Source: an uncultured Pelosinus sp. (lineage in GTDB: Bacteria > Bacillota > Negativicutes > DSM-13327). From it: a DNA stretch of 52,092 nucleotides. The DNA is taken from NCBI GenBank assembly GCA_946415545.1, contig CAMKSY010000001.1, positions 1 through 52,092 on the forward strand. The letters are read 5' to 3'. The position numbers and the translations under genes were made by a program. The notes beneath the pieces are model-generated. The model worked only from the letters and a program-made list of their open reading frames with translations, searched no databases and had not been told where the DNA came from. Positions 1 through 9,717 of this stretch are shown in pieces (the first letter of the stretch is position 1; every line of letters begins with the position of its first letter).

Positions 1-74
1 GCAAAAAGAGTCCCATGATGATTCTGATCCTGCCCTTTTACCAAATGATGAGTGACAAATTTTTTCAATTCCAT
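1..74 (-). CDS. Acyl-CoA thioesterase (hotdog fold), 5' part only; runs off the window edge
   Basis: Hand translation MELKKFVTHHLVKGQDQNHHGTLFA contains the D-x-N-x-x-G-x-L-F hotdog motif; AAGGGG RBS upstream. Not in the ORF track. Confidence 0.75.
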   Translation of the reverse strand, partial: MELKKFVTHHLVKGQDQNHHGTLF

Positions 75-179
75 ACTATACCGCCCCTTTTAATAAGATT
101 ACTGCAATAAATTGTCGCAAATTTCAAACTTATCTGTTTTGCATACTGTATTCTGCATGCAATCTTATTATCCTGCTGG

Positions 180-1160
180 TTACGAATTGTTTTCTGTTGC
201 TTTCCTTATTCGTATCAACGTCCGTCCACAGGCACATGGACTGTCGTCTAAACTACACAGCATGCCCGTGGTAAAACGTAAAAGAGGCATCGCCTCCAAT
301 GTCAGGCTGGTAAGAACCAATTCACCGATTTCTCCCATAGGAAGAACTTGTCCACTTACAGGATGTAGAATCTCAGGATAAAAACAATCTTCTTGAACAT
401 GCAAACCGGCATCACAATGGCATTCTCCTGCGATCCCCATTCCCCAAATGTCATATATTCCATAAACTTCAATCGGTTTTTTGCCATAGATTTCTTGAAT
501 TTTTTTACTTTGACTTTGAGATATAAGATTACTATCACAGAATAGATTCTGCAAGGGTAATTCTCCAGGTTTATACCCACTGATACCAGCTTCTTGTGCA
601 AGCATGAGCAGATGTGAAGCATCAGAAAATGTAGAAGTAATGCCAAAGTCCTCGATTAACTGAATCTGTGTAAGCATAGTGCTCCTATTGTCAGATAGTA
701 CGGTTGAACCAACTTGGTGCAGCCCAAAATGCACCCCTACGCTGGGTGCATTTTCATTCGCAGTACCCATCCATTGAAAAATTGAGGTCATATTCATTCC
801 CCCGGCAACCAGTATACGAGACATTAATTCACTCCACATGGCCATATCATTCCGGGTATAACTCACTGCAATCGTTTCTTGAGATTCTAGCTTTTGATGA
901 ATATAGGCAACACCACTCACTGGCATCGTTAAGAGTCCATACGGATAATTAGCTGCTATATCCTGTTTCGTAGTAGCGGGAAGTTTCTGCAGATCATCTA
1001 AATTCATAATATTCTCTGGCAGCAACCCACATTCTTTCATGCGATTTTGGTATAAGATACTTTTTTCATATACTCGCTCTATTATTTTTGTTAGTTTATA
1101 GGATTGCCATACTGTCATATCCGTACGAGACAAGGTTTCTACTTGTTGATTCCAAATCAT
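180..1160 (-). CDS. Phenylacetate-CoA ligase (PaaK)-like protein, degenerate and lacking the C-terminal domain
   Basis: LDDLQKLP.TTKQD..NYPYG, YTRND, EC...GLHV.ED.FYPEI, GELVLTSL..EAMPLLRF.TG and CACGRT motifs. The SSGTTG P-loop is absent. Confidence 0.8.
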   Translation of the reverse strand: MIWNQQVETLSRTDMTVWQSYKLTKIIERVYEKSILYQNRMKECGLLPENIMNLDDLQKLPATTKQDIAANYPYGLLTMPVSGVAYIHQKLESQETIAVSYTRNDMAMWSELMSRILVAGGMNMTSIFQWMGTANENAPSVGVHFGLHQVGSTVLSDNRSTMLTQIQLIEDFGITSTFSDASHLLMLAQEAGISGYKPGELPLQNLFCDSNLISQSQSKKIQEIYGKKPIEVYGIYDIWGMGIAGECHCDAGLHVQEDCFYPEILHPVSGQVLPMGEIGELVLTSLTLEAMPLLRFTTGMLCSLDDSPCACGRTLIRIRKATENNS

Positions 1161-1326
1161 ATCTGCAACTCCTTTTCATGACCATAAAGGCATTCTCAAT
1201 ACTTTCCTTATTTCTCTATTTTCGGAATATAACCTTCCCTAGAAGATTGATATCTTAACATGACGTATGTTGAATTATATTATATTTTCATCTATATTGG
1301 ACAAACTAGTCCTAGGAGGTGTATAC

Positions 1327-1722
1327 ATGGATGGAATGATCTGTTCCAATTGTCATACTTGGATGACCATACAGGCAAAAAACTGCCCGGATTGCAATGC
1401 AGATATTGTTATGGATGGGGAATGCAAAAATGTAATCGACCGCATACAGCCTAATTGTCTTATTTATCGCTATGATGGCTCTGATTTATTGGAACCGGGA
1501 GTCGTTATTAAACAGCTTAAGGTAAATATGAAAGTAGCTACAAAGTTGCGAGAATACGCTGCTCCCCTTCTAGTACCTAAGCATAAAGTTTATGCTTTTA
1601 ATCAAAATCTGTTAAGCTCGATTCAAGGTCTGCGCAACGAACGTACTGCCACAATGGTGAGATTTGATCAGCTTATCAAATCTCACTGGCAGAATCTAGA
1701 ACCCTATCAATACACTGAATAA
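1327..1722 (+). CDS. Hypothetical protein with N-terminal zinc ribbon
   Basis: CSNC...CPDC; AGGAGGT RBS favours ATG 1327 over the track start at 1267. Confidence 0.75.
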   Translation: MDGMICSNCHTWMTIQAKNCPDCNADIVMDGECKNVIDRIQPNCLIYRYDGSDLLEPGVVIKQLKVNMKVATKLREYAAPLLVPKHKVYAFNQNLLSSIQGLRNERTATMVRFDQLIKSHWQNLEPYQYTE

Positions 1723-1748
1723 GCTTCACTTTAAAGGTTGAGCACATC

Positions 1749-2447
1749 CTAATTACGAACTTCGTAATACTGCAATAGCTCACTGACGGTAACAATGCTG
1801 TAACCTTGCTCACGAAGTTTATCAATTATAATGCCAAGGGCCTCTGGTGTAGGCAGCGGATACTGACCGTCATGCAATAACACAATGCTGCCAGGCTCTA
1901 CCTGATTCACTACGCCGTCAACAACATGTGATACACTGGGGCGCCGCCAATCACCAGGATCGATAGACCATAAGATGGTTGTATAACCACGCACTTGTGC
2001 TTCTGCCAGTACAGTCTCATTGTAGGCTCCGCCAGGCGGTCGAAACAATATGGGTTTCGGAGCTACTGCAGTAATTACCTTTTCGGCTTTGTCAAACTCT
2101 TCTCCAATTGCTTTTTTATCCATCTTGTTTAGCAAATTATGGCTATATGCATGAGTGGCAATTTCATGCCCGTCCGCCACCGCCTCAGCTAAAATTTCCG
2201 GATGAGCAGCCGCATTTTGACCTAAAATAAATAATGTTAGTTTTACTTTTTTTTCTCTAAGTACTGCTAACACTTGAGGCGTAGTTTTATAATGAGGACC
2301 ATCGTCAATCGTAAGTGCCACTACTTTATGAGTAGTAGGCACTTTTTTTATCACTTTATTATTTTCCATTACTACCCCTTGTACCATTACAGCAGCAGAA
2401 AGCATAATACCAAATACGCTTGCAAAAAGCAGACCTCCTCGTCTCAT
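1749..2447 (-). CDS. Polysaccharide deacetylase (NodB/CE4, PdaB-like)
   Basis: ALTIDDGP, HAYSH, FRPPGG, DWRRP and IVLLHD motifs; N-terminal anchor; AGGAGGT RBS before ATG 2447. Confidence 0.9.
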   Translation of the reverse strand: MRRGGLLFASVFGIMLSAAVMVQGVVMENNKVIKKVPTTHKVVALTIDDGPHYKTTPQVLAVLREKKVKLTLFILGQNAAAHPEILAEAVADGHEIATHAYSHNLLNKMDKKAIGEEFDKAEKVITAVAPKPILFRPPGGAYNETVLAEAQVRGYTTILWSIDPGDWRRPSVSHVVDGVVNQVEPGSIVLLHDGQYPLPTPEALGIIIDKLREQGYSIVTVSELLQYYEVRN

Positions 2448-2519
2448 ATCACGCCTACCTCCTATCACTACCTCAGTGGATATTACGCAAAAGACTAGAA
2501 AGATATGCTTGAAGATTTT

Positions 2520-2549
2520 GCATGATTATGCTAGAACAGCAATATACTA
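2520..2549 (+). promoter_or_regulatory. SigG/SigF-like promoter of the D,D-carboxypeptidase
   Basis: GCATG-N18-TATACTA resembles the forespore GHATR-N18-CATACTA consensus. Confidence 0.4.
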
Positions 2550-2576
2550 TAAAAGCCATTGACGAGGAGGATGCAT

Positions 2577-3737
2577 ATGTGGATACCATTTGCTCGTAAC
2601 GCCATACTCCTATTTTGCCTTTTCTTTACCTTATTTACTCCCATTGCAGATAGCGCCCCACCAAAAATTGAGGCTCAGGCAGCCATCTTAATAGATGCAA
2701 AAACAGGGCAAATTCTTTTTGAAAAAAATAGTCATATTCGCAATGCTCCTGCCAGTACTACAAAAGTATTGACCGCTATCATTGCTATTGAAAGCGGACG
2801 ACTGGATGAAGAGGTAAAAGTCAGCGCACGAGCTGCCAATACGTCCGGATCTTCCATGCATTTAAGTACGGGGCAGCTCATTTCTATGCGTGAGCTAGTG
2901 ATGGGTCTTTTGCTGCGTTCAGGCAATGACGCAGCCGTGGCAATTGCCGAGCATTTGGCCGGTTCTGTTGAGAATTTTGTTATTCTTATGAACGACAAGG
3001 CTCAATCACTGGATGCCGCCAACAGCCATTTTGTCAATCCCCATGGTTTGACTGCTGTCAACCATTATTCCACAGCCTTTGACTTAGCCTGGATTGCCAG
3101 GTATGCGTTAACCAATCCGATTTTTTCTACGATTGTCAACACGAAAGAAACAAATATTGAGTGGCTTGATCGTAAAGGTAAAGAACACGACCAAAGTCTC
3201 AAAAATACCAATAAACTATTATGGCTGCTGGAAGAGGCGGATGGGGTCAAAACAGGAACTACCAGTCAGGCTGGTCCTTGTTTAATTTCCAGTGCTACCC
3301 GGGGAAATCAGAAATTAATTGCGGTTGTACTTCACGATCACTCCCGCTGGTATGACTCCATGAAATTATTAAAATATGGCTTTGATGCCTTTGAACTATA
3401 TGAATATGCTGCAAAAGGCGATATTTTAGGATCAATCCCTGTAGAAGGTGGCCTTGGGCCTCTCATTGATGCAGTCGTAAGCAATACTGCAAGCGTAGTG
3501 GTACCTGCTGCAGATTATGAACATGTTACCGTCTCTGTTAACCTTCCCGAACAAATAAAAGCCCCTGTATATCAGGGGCAAAAGATTGGTGAAATTGTCT
3601 TCCTTGTGAACCAGCAAGCAATAAAAACGGTAGACATTGCCTCCGGTCAAACCATAGAAGAGCGTACAAACAGTAAAATCTTACTACAATATTTAATGCG
3701 TACTTTTCGTTTATTATCCAGCTGGGGAGCACTCTAA
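2577..3737 (+). CDS. D-alanyl-D-alanine carboxypeptidase (peptidase S11, DacB/DacF-like)
   Basis: PASTTK (SxxK), SGNDAA (SxN) and KTG motifs; signal peptide; AGGAGG RBS. Confidence 0.93.
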   Translation: MWIPFARNAILLFCLFFTLFTPIADSAPPKIEAQAAILIDAKTGQILFEKNSHIRNAPASTTKVLTAIIAIESGRLDEEVKVSARAANTSGSSMHLSTGQLISMRELVMGLLLRSGNDAAVAIAEHLAGSVENFVILMNDKAQSLDAANSHFVNPHGLTAVNHYSTAFDLAWIARYALTNPIFSTIVNTKETNIEWLDRKGKEHDQSLKNTNKLLWLLEEADGVKTGTTSQAGPCLISSATRGNQKLIAVVLHDHSRWYDSMKLLKYGFDAFELYEYAAKGDILGSIPVEGGLGPLIDAVVSNTASVVVPAADYEHVTVSVNLPEQIKAPVYQGQKIGEIVFLVNQQAIKTVDIASGQTIEERTNSKILLQYLMRTFRLLSSWGAL

Positions 3738-3747
3738 TGATAATAGA

Positions 3748-4530
3748 TTAAAGAGGTCTGCGATAAAAAAATGGCATATATTGGCTAAACCCAATGTCGC
3801 GGAAATTTAATATGGCTTCCGTACCACCTACAAACAATACGCCACCAGGCTTAAGAGCACTTAAGAATCTGCGATATAAGCCATCTTTTGCCTCTTCGGT
3901 AAAATAAATAACTACATTTCTACATAAGATTAAATCGAATCCGCTATCAAATTTATCGAGCAATAAGTTGTGACGCTTAAATTCTACCCGTGAGCGGATA
4001 TCTTCATCAATCGTATAGGTAGTACCAGCTTGTCTAAAATATTTAGAAGCTCTGCCAGTAGAAATATTCTTGAATTCAGTATTGGTATATACACCACTTC
4101 TAGCTTTTGCCAGCATCTCCACATCCAGATCTGTAGCCAAAATTCGATGTTTTACATTGGGTGTTATATCTTTTAAAATCATTGCTAAGGAATATGGCTC
4201 AGCACCAACGGAACACCCGGCACTCCAAATATTAAGTTTAGGGCTTTGTGCTAATAAATCTGGCAGAACTTTGCTTTCCAGTTCAGAAAATTTTTCTGGT
4301 GTTCTAAAGAATTCTGTAACATTGATTGTCATATAATCAACAAATTCCTTATACATCTTCGCGTCTTTATCCAATAAATGAAAGAAGTCTACATATGTAT
4401 TCACACCATACCGAGTCATTAAATTATTAATTCGTCTCTGCATCTGAGCCGGTTTATAATCATTAAGGTTAATGCTTGATTTTGCATTAAATTTTTGTTT
4501 AAACAACTCCCAATCCTTTTCATCAACCAC
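3748..4530 (-). CDS. cheR: Chemotaxis protein-glutamate O-methyltransferase
   Basis: TINVTEFFR, IWSAGCS.GAEPYSLA, ILATDLD and DLILCRNVVIYF motifs. Confidence 0.95.
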   Translation of the reverse strand: MVDEKDWELFKQKFNAKSSINLNDYKPAQMQRRINNLMTRYGVNTYVDFFHLLDKDAKMYKEFVDYMTINVTEFFRTPEKFSELESKVLPDLLAQSPKLNIWSAGCSVGAEPYSLAMILKDITPNVKHRILATDLDVEMLAKARSGVYTNTEFKNISTGRASKYFRQAGTTYTIDEDIRSRVEFKRHNLLLDKFDSGFDLILCRNVVIYFTEEAKDGLYRRFLSALKPGGVLFVGGTEAILNFRDIGFSQYMPFFYRRPL

Positions 4531-4561
4531 ACCAACACCTCCAACTGATTTCTAGAAGTAT

Positions 4562-4589
4562 ATTCGACATAATCTATTAAATTTCCTAC
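4562..4589 (-). promoter_or_regulatory. SigH-type promoter upstream of cheR
   Basis: GTAGGAAAT-N12-GTCGAAT matches RNAGGAWWW-N11/12-RNNGAAT. Confidence 0.6.
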
Positions 4590-4636
4590 TTCCCATTCAG
4601 AGACTTATCATACGGGAATTCTCCTGAAAGTATCGC

Positions 4637-4696
4637 AATACGTTTAACGACCCACTCTCACCAGATAAAAAGGTGGAGTGGGTCGTTAAACGTATT
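4637..4696 (-). terminator. Long inverted repeat / terminator downstream of alr
   Basis: AATACGTTTAACGACCCACTC...GAGTGGGTCGTTAAACGTATT, 21-bp perfect arms. Confidence 0.7.
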
Positions 4697-4713
4697 TTGT
4701 TGAAATGCATTTT

Positions 4714-5832
4714 TTAAGAAGTTTCGCTGATATAATATCTAGGCACTCTTCTTCCTACCATACATACGATTTCATAATTAATCGTTCCCATAATCTGAGC
4801 AATTTCCTCCACTGGTAGTTCAGCTCCGCCAAATAATAGCACTTCATCATCAATGGCAACATCCCCAATATGGCTGACATCGATCATACACTGATCCATA
4901 CAGACCCGTCCGACAATAGGAGCTCGTTGACCATGGATCGAGACTTGTGTTTTACCCGCCAGCAAACGAGACCAACCATCTGCATAACCTACAGGCAGAG
5001 TTGCAATCCGACTCCTCTGATCCGTATAATAAGTCCTTCCATAGCTTATTGATGAGTTGGGTGGTACATCCTTGACAAAACCAACTTGGGTTTTAAACTT
5101 CATCGCTGGCTTAAGCAGCAAATTCTTTTTTACTTCCTCTGAAGGCCACAAGCCGTATAGAATAATACCAGGCCGCACCATATCCAGATGCATCTCAGGC
5201 AATTCTAATAATGCTGCACTATTGGCAATATGGCGAATGGGTATATGAATGCCTTGTGCCTTAATATATTCAATCCCTTCTAAAAAACGCCGGAATTGTT
5301 CATAGGTAAAGGTTTTGTCCCAACTGTCAGAAACAGCAAAATGAGAATATACCCCCTCGATCTCAACTCCCGGCAAAGCAGCTACTGCTGCTGCAAAAGC
5401 ACCTGCATCGGTTGGGCTGACGCCGACTCTGGCCATTCCAGTATCAATCTTAAGATGTACTTTAGCTGTTTTCCCTGCTGCTATGGCTACCGCTGATAAA
5501 ACCTGTGCTGATTCAAGAGTAAATATTGTTTGCGTAATGTCGTTTTTAACCACTAAATCAGCCTGCCAGACGGGTGTATACCCCAATACTAAAATGGGCA
5601 CGTCAAACCCTGCATTGCGTAATTCCACTGCTTCATTGACAATTGCTACGGCCAAACGATCTGCTCCCGCCTGTAGTGCAGTCCGTGCAACAGCTCCCGC
5701 TCCATGACCATAGGCGTCAGCCTTAACAACAGCACAAACTTTTGCTTCACGATTCGTTACTTTTCGTATTTCGGTTACATTATGGGCAATAGCTGATAAA
5801 TCAATCTCTGCCCATACTGGTCGATTAAACAT
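4714..5832 (-). CDS. alr: Alanine racemase
   Basis: AVVKADAYGHG PLP-lysine motif; KIDTGM.R, GYADG and GRVCMD. Confidence 0.97.
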   Translation of the reverse strand: MFNRPVWAEIDLSAIAHNVTEIRKVTNREAKVCAVVKADAYGHGAGAVARTALQAGADRLAVAIVNEAVELRNAGFDVPILVLGYTPVWQADLVVKNDITQTIFTLESAQVLSAVAIAAGKTAKVHLKIDTGMARVGVSPTDAGAFAAAVAALPGVEIEGVYSHFAVSDSWDKTFTYEQFRRFLEGIEYIKAQGIHIPIRHIANSAALLELPEMHLDMVRPGIILYGLWPSEEVKKNLLLKPAMKFKTQVGFVKDVPPNSSISYGRTYYTDQRSRIATLPVGYADGWSRLLAGKTQVSIHGQRAPIVGRVCMDQCMIDVSHIGDVAIDDEVLLFGGAELPVEEIAQIMGTINYEIVCMVGRRVPRYYISETS

Positions 5833-5904
5833 TTCTTAACCCTCCTAACAAAAAATAGGTGACAAAGAGACGTTAATTCGAAGACTTCTACCTCGGAAAT
5901 ATAT

Positions 5905-6081
5905 TCATCGTCTTACTTGCCGCATTTTTACTCTTTCATATTCCACAATTAATTTATCTAGTTGAATACTGACTTCTGCAACTTCTGGGTCTATTAAATT
6001 ACCTGATTTTTCTTCTACTAATTCATGAAGATGTACACGTACACGTTCAATTTCTTGTGCCAGCTTTTGCAGATTAAGCAT
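5905..6081 (-). CDS. Spo0E-family aspartyl-phosphate phosphatase (58 aa)
   Basis: Hand translation MLNLQKLAQEIERVRVHLHELVEEKSGNLIDPEVAEVSIQLDKLIVEYERVKMRQVRR. SIQLD corresponds to the SQELD motif in the typical two-helix pattern; TGATG overlap with the hypB stop. Below the track cutoff. Confidence 0.85.
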   Translation of the reverse strand: MLNLQKLAQEIERVRVHLHELVEEKSGNLIDPEVAEVSIQLDKLIVEYERVKMRQVRR

Positions 6082-6749
6082 CACTTGTTCTCCTTGCCCT
6101 TTTTAATTTTCACCTGTTTAATAAGCCAATTGAACCAAGCTTGAAGTCCTTCACCAGTCTGGCATGAGACCGGTAATAGAGTCACTCCAGGATGAATTGC
6201 AGTAATGTCCTTTTCCGCAGCATTTAGATCAAAATTAGTATATGGCAGTAAATCTACCTTATTTAAAATAACAGCGCTGGCTTGTTTAAAGATTAATGGG
6301 TATTTTAAGGGTTTATCGTCCCCTTCTGTAATACTAAGAACCGTTACCTTACAATCCTCACCAATATTGAATTCTGCTGGACAAACTAAATTTCCTACGT
6401 TTTCAATGACAATAATATCTAGAGCCTCAAGATCAAGACAATCCAGTACATCATGAATCATATTCGCATCGAGATGACAGCCACCGCCTGTATTAATCTG
6501 CACCACAGGTACACCATGTTGTTCTATTCGCTCGGCATCCTTCGCAGTAAATAAATCACCTTCAATAACAGCAATTGAAAGTGTTTCTCTTAATGCTTTA
6601 ATGGTCTTTTCCAATAAAGATGTTTTGCCACAACCAGGTGACCCTAGTAAATTAATTACAAAGATACCTGCCTTTTCAAATCGTTCCTGCAATACACCAG
6701 CAACCTGATCATTTTTTTCTAAGATATTAGTCATTACTTTTATTTGCAC
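6081..6749 (-). CDS. hypB: Hydrogenase nickel incorporation GTPase
   Basis: GSPGCGKT, TGGGCHLD, ENVGNLVCPA, EGDDKPLKYP and NKVD motifs. Confidence 0.96.
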   Translation of the reverse strand: MQIKVMTNILEKNDQVAGVLQERFEKAGIFVINLLGSPGCGKTSLLEKTIKALRETLSIAVIEGDLFTAKDAERIEQHGVPVVQINTGGGCHLDANMIHDVLDCLDLEALDIIVIENVGNLVCPAEFNIGEDCKVTVLSITEGDDKPLKYPLIFKQASAVILNKVDLLPYTNFDLNAAEKDITAIHPGVTLLPVSCQTGEGLQAWFNWLIKQVKIKKGKENK

Positions 6750-6750
6750 T

Positions 6751-7092
6751 TTATTCTACCTCCAGATAATCAACTGCTAACTCTCGGCCCGATACCACTA
6801 GGATATTAGCGGAGTGGCATAAGGGACATAGAAAAGAATATCGTTCTACTGTAAATTGCTGCCCACAGCTTTTGCATTTGCCAACCAGAGGTATAATTGT
6901 AATATCTACCACTGCTCCATCAGCTATCGTATTTGCAGCTAATGCTGCAAAGCCAAATTTGAGTGATTCAGGCTCAACTTGAGTCATCTGACCAATCAGC
7001 AGTTTAATACAGCTTATTTTTACTGCATTATGCTCTGCAGCAGTTTTTAATACGATGTCCAATATTCCTTGGGCAATGGACATTTCATGCAT
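6751..7092 (-). CDS. hypA: Hydrogenase nickel metallochaperone
   Basis: MHE N-terminus; CKSC and CPLC; SGREL. Confidence 0.96.
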   Translation of the reverse strand: MHEMSIAQGILDIVLKTAAEHNAVKISCIKLLIGQMTQVEPESLKFGFAALAANTIADGAVVDITIIPLVGKCKSCGQQFTVERYSFLCPLCHSANILVVSGRELAVDYLEVE

Positions 7093-7129
7093 ATAATTCA
7101 CTCCACGTTTACCATTTTCATACAGGTTA

Positions 7130-7156
7130 ATTCGTCATAGAAGGTTGATTTCCTGC
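7130..7156 (-). promoter_or_regulatory. SigH-type promoter upstream of hypA
   Basis: GCAGGAAAT-N11-GACGAAT. Confidence 0.6.
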
Positions 7157-7227
7157 CACGGCAATAAGTTCAATGATTCACTTTAAAGGTTTTCTTGGTA
7201 CTGGAACTATTTACATAATATAAACCC

Positions 7228-7257
7228 GAATAATCACTTTCCATTTCGCTGATACTA
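7228..7257 (+). promoter_or_regulatory. SigG-type promoter of the SASP gene
   Basis: GAATA-N18-GATACTA directly upstream of an alpha/beta SASP, a canonical SigG target class. Confidence 0.6.
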
Positions 7258-7288
7258 TGATTACACCAACACAAGGAGGTGATTATCA

Positions 7289-7552
7289 ATGGCCAGAAGT
7301 AACAAACCTGTTAACCCAGGCGCGGAAAACGCTCTCGATCGCATGAAACTTGAGATCGCTAGCGAGTTAGGAATTGCTGATCGAGTACGTGCTCAAGGTT
7401 GGTCAACTATGACTTCCGCTGACTGCGGACGTGTAGGCGGACAAATGGTTCGCAGAATGATTGAGCAATATGAATCTGGTTTGAGCGGAACAACCACTCA
7501 AGCAACCAGTGGAACATTAACTGCTCAATATGATGCAAACAAACAGCCTTAA
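7289..7552 (+). CDS. Alpha/beta-type small acid-soluble spore protein
   Basis: ALDRMKLEIASELG...TSADCGRVGGQMVRRMI; perfect AAGGAGGTG RBS. Confidence 0.95.
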   Translation: MARSNKPVNPGAENALDRMKLEIASELGIADRVRAQGWSTMTSADCGRVGGQMVRRMIEQYESGLSGTTTQATSGTLTAQYDANKQP

Positions 7553-7562
7553 TCGTATGCAT

Positions 7563-7588
7563 GGGCGGCTTAGAGCCGCCCTTTATTT
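7563..7588 (+). terminator. Rho-independent terminator after the SASP gene
   Basis: GGGCGGCT-TAG-AGCCGCCC followed by TTTATTT. Confidence 0.75.
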
Positions 7589-7602
7589 ATTTATCCATGT
7601 TT

Positions 7603-9564
7603 CTACCGCGCTTCAAAATAAACATGAATCTCTGTTCCTGCTTCTACAATTGTATTTGCCATTATACTTTGTCTTACGGCAACACCTGTTCCCATAGGAA
7701 CAATTGATAGTCCAGCTTGGGTTAATTGATCTCCTGCTTCACGGATGCTCTTTCCTGCAACATTGGGTACAACTACCTTTCCTGGAGGAGCTTGAATAAC
7801 TGGTAAAGTTGTCGAATTCGTTTTAACATTTTCTTTTGGAGCGGGTAATTCATTTGCAATTTGAGGGTAAATAGTAAGATGGCGCATAATTTTGCCTAAG
7901 ATTTCGCCAGCAATGGGCGCTGCAATCTCCCCTCCATAGTAACTTCCTTTAGGATCATCAAGGACAACTAAAATTGCAACTTGAGGATCTTCTACTGGAC
8001 CAAAACCAACAAATGATGCTATATAACGTCCTGCAGAATACCCACTGCCATCATCTTGCAGCTTCTCTGCCGTACCTGTCTTACCGGCGAAACGGTAGCC
8101 TTTTATGAAAGCTTTTTTACCGCCACCTTCTAATACAACTTTTTCCATTAAGCCCGTTAGCCGATTGGCTGTCTCAGGACTAATTGCCTGACGTACCGAC
8201 TGAGTCACTCCTTCACGTTCAATAGAGCCATCCACATTTCGCACCTCTTTGATAATATAGGGCTTTAAGAGTACTCCATCGTTGGCAATCGCCGATACAG
8301 CGGTAATGAGCTGTAGAGGTGTAACAGCAATACTTTGCCCAATGGACATTGTGGCCACATCAGAATCACGCATATCTTCTGGCCTAAATAACAGCCCTTC
8401 TTCTTCACCGGGTAATTCAATGCCCGTTGCCTTACCAAAGCCAAAGGCTTTGGCATATTCAATTAATTTATAAGCTCCCAGCCTCATTCCAATTTGGACA
8501 AAGATGGTATTAATGGATTGTTCGATCACTTCGACAAAGGAAACATTTCCATAACTTTCATCACTCCAATTTCGAATACGCCGCCCCGACACTTCTACAT
8601 AGCCATTATCAATAAATCGCTCTTCAGGATACAGCTGTCCTTCCTGTAACGCAGCAGCAGCAACAACACTTTTAAAGGTAGATCCTGGCTCATAATTATA
8701 TGCCACTGCCCGATTCTTCCACTCCTGTATGCTATATTTATAGAATTGATTTGGATTATAAGTAGGCCGATTGGCCATGGCCAGTATTTCTCCGGTGTGA
8801 GGATTCATGACAATTACGGTTGCTCCTTGAGGACGATTGGTCAGCATTGCCTTATCCAAGCTCTGCTCAACAATGAATTGAATAGTACTATCTAAGGTGA
8901 GATATACATTTTTGCCCTGCTTAGGTGGAGCAAATGTAAAAATAGACTTAAAAATGGGAATGCCCTTGCTATCGGTATCAACCAAATGTTCCACAGAGGT
9001 TCCTTTAATGACTTTATCCAATACCATTTCCATGCCGTCTAAACCCACGTCATCCGTGCCCACAAATCCCAAAACATGAGCAGCTAAATTATCATTGGGA
9101 TAATAGCGTTTACTTTCTTCTAAAAAGCCCAGACCTCTAAGATTGGATTCCTTAATCACAGCTTCTATTCGTTTTGTGACTTCAGGCTCGATCATACGCT
9201 TGATCCAAATAAAACGTCCTCCTGCAGTTAACCTTTCCTTAACATCTCCAGGCTGCATTTCTAATAGCGGAGCAAGCAGTGCTACTACAATATCCGGATC
9301 TTTAATTTCAGAAGGATCGGCATATAAGGACTTGGTTACACTGCTGACTGCCAACTCCCTTCCTTCTCTATCATAAATTGTCCCGCGAGGCGACAGTAAA
9401 ATCTGGCTGTCTTTCACTTGGTTTGCCACCTTTGCGGTCATACGATCACCATCGATGAATTGCAGCCAGCCTATACGTGCTGCCAGAATAACAATCATCA
9501 TCAGTAGCAGAACTAAAAATGTAGCTATACGTCGCTGCATGATTACAACATTCTTTTCCATCAT
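7603..9564 (-). CDS. Class B penicillin-binding protein (FtsI/SpoVD family) with C-terminal PASTA domain
   Basis: RGTIYDR, RYYP, EPGSTFK (SxxK), SIN and GKTGTA motifs; N-terminal TM; PASTA-like VPNVAGKS. Confidence 0.92.
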   Translation of the reverse strand: MMEKNVVIMQRRIATFLVLLLMMIVILAARIGWLQFIDGDRMTAKVANQVKDSQILLSPRGTIYDREGRELAVSSVTKSLYADPSEIKDPDIVVALLAPLLEMQPGDVKERLTAGGRFIWIKRMIEPEVTKRIEAVIKESNLRGLGFLEESKRYYPNDNLAAHVLGFVGTDDVGLDGMEMVLDKVIKGTSVEHLVDTDSKGIPIFKSIFTFAPPKQGKNVYLTLDSTIQFIVEQSLDKAMLTNRPQGATVIVMNPHTGEILAMANRPTYNPNQFYKYSIQEWKNRAVAYNYEPGSTFKSVVAAAALQEGQLYPEERFIDNGYVEVSGRRIRNWSDESYGNVSFVEVIEQSINTIFVQIGMRLGAYKLIEYAKAFGFGKATGIELPGEEEGLLFRPEDMRDSDVATMSIGQSIAVTPLQLITAVSAIANDGVLLKPYIIKEVRNVDGSIEREGVTQSVRQAISPETANRLTGLMEKVVLEGGGKKAFIKGYRFAGKTGTAEKLQDDGSGYSAGRYIASFVGFGPVEDPQVAILVVLDDPKGSYYGGEIAAPIAGEILGKIMRHLTIYPQIANELPAPKENVKTNSTTLPVIQAPPGKVVVPNVAGKSIREAGDQLTQAGLSIVPMGTGVAVRQSIMANTIVEAGTEIHVYFEAR

Positions 9565-9609
9565 TTATAATCAACCCTTCCTAAGAACACAATACTGCAA
9601 CGTCTTATT

Positions 9610-9637
9610 ATTCGTCCCATTTATAGTATATCCCTGC
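9610..9637 (-). promoter_or_regulatory. SigH-type promoter upstream of the PBP gene
   Basis: GCAGGGATA-N12-GACGAAT. Confidence 0.5.
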
Positions 9638-9717
9638 AAGAAAAGATGTATATCCCGACAACTAGTAATGAAAAAAACACCTCTAGCAGGTGCTTTTTCA
9701 TTATAAAAATCTATAAT

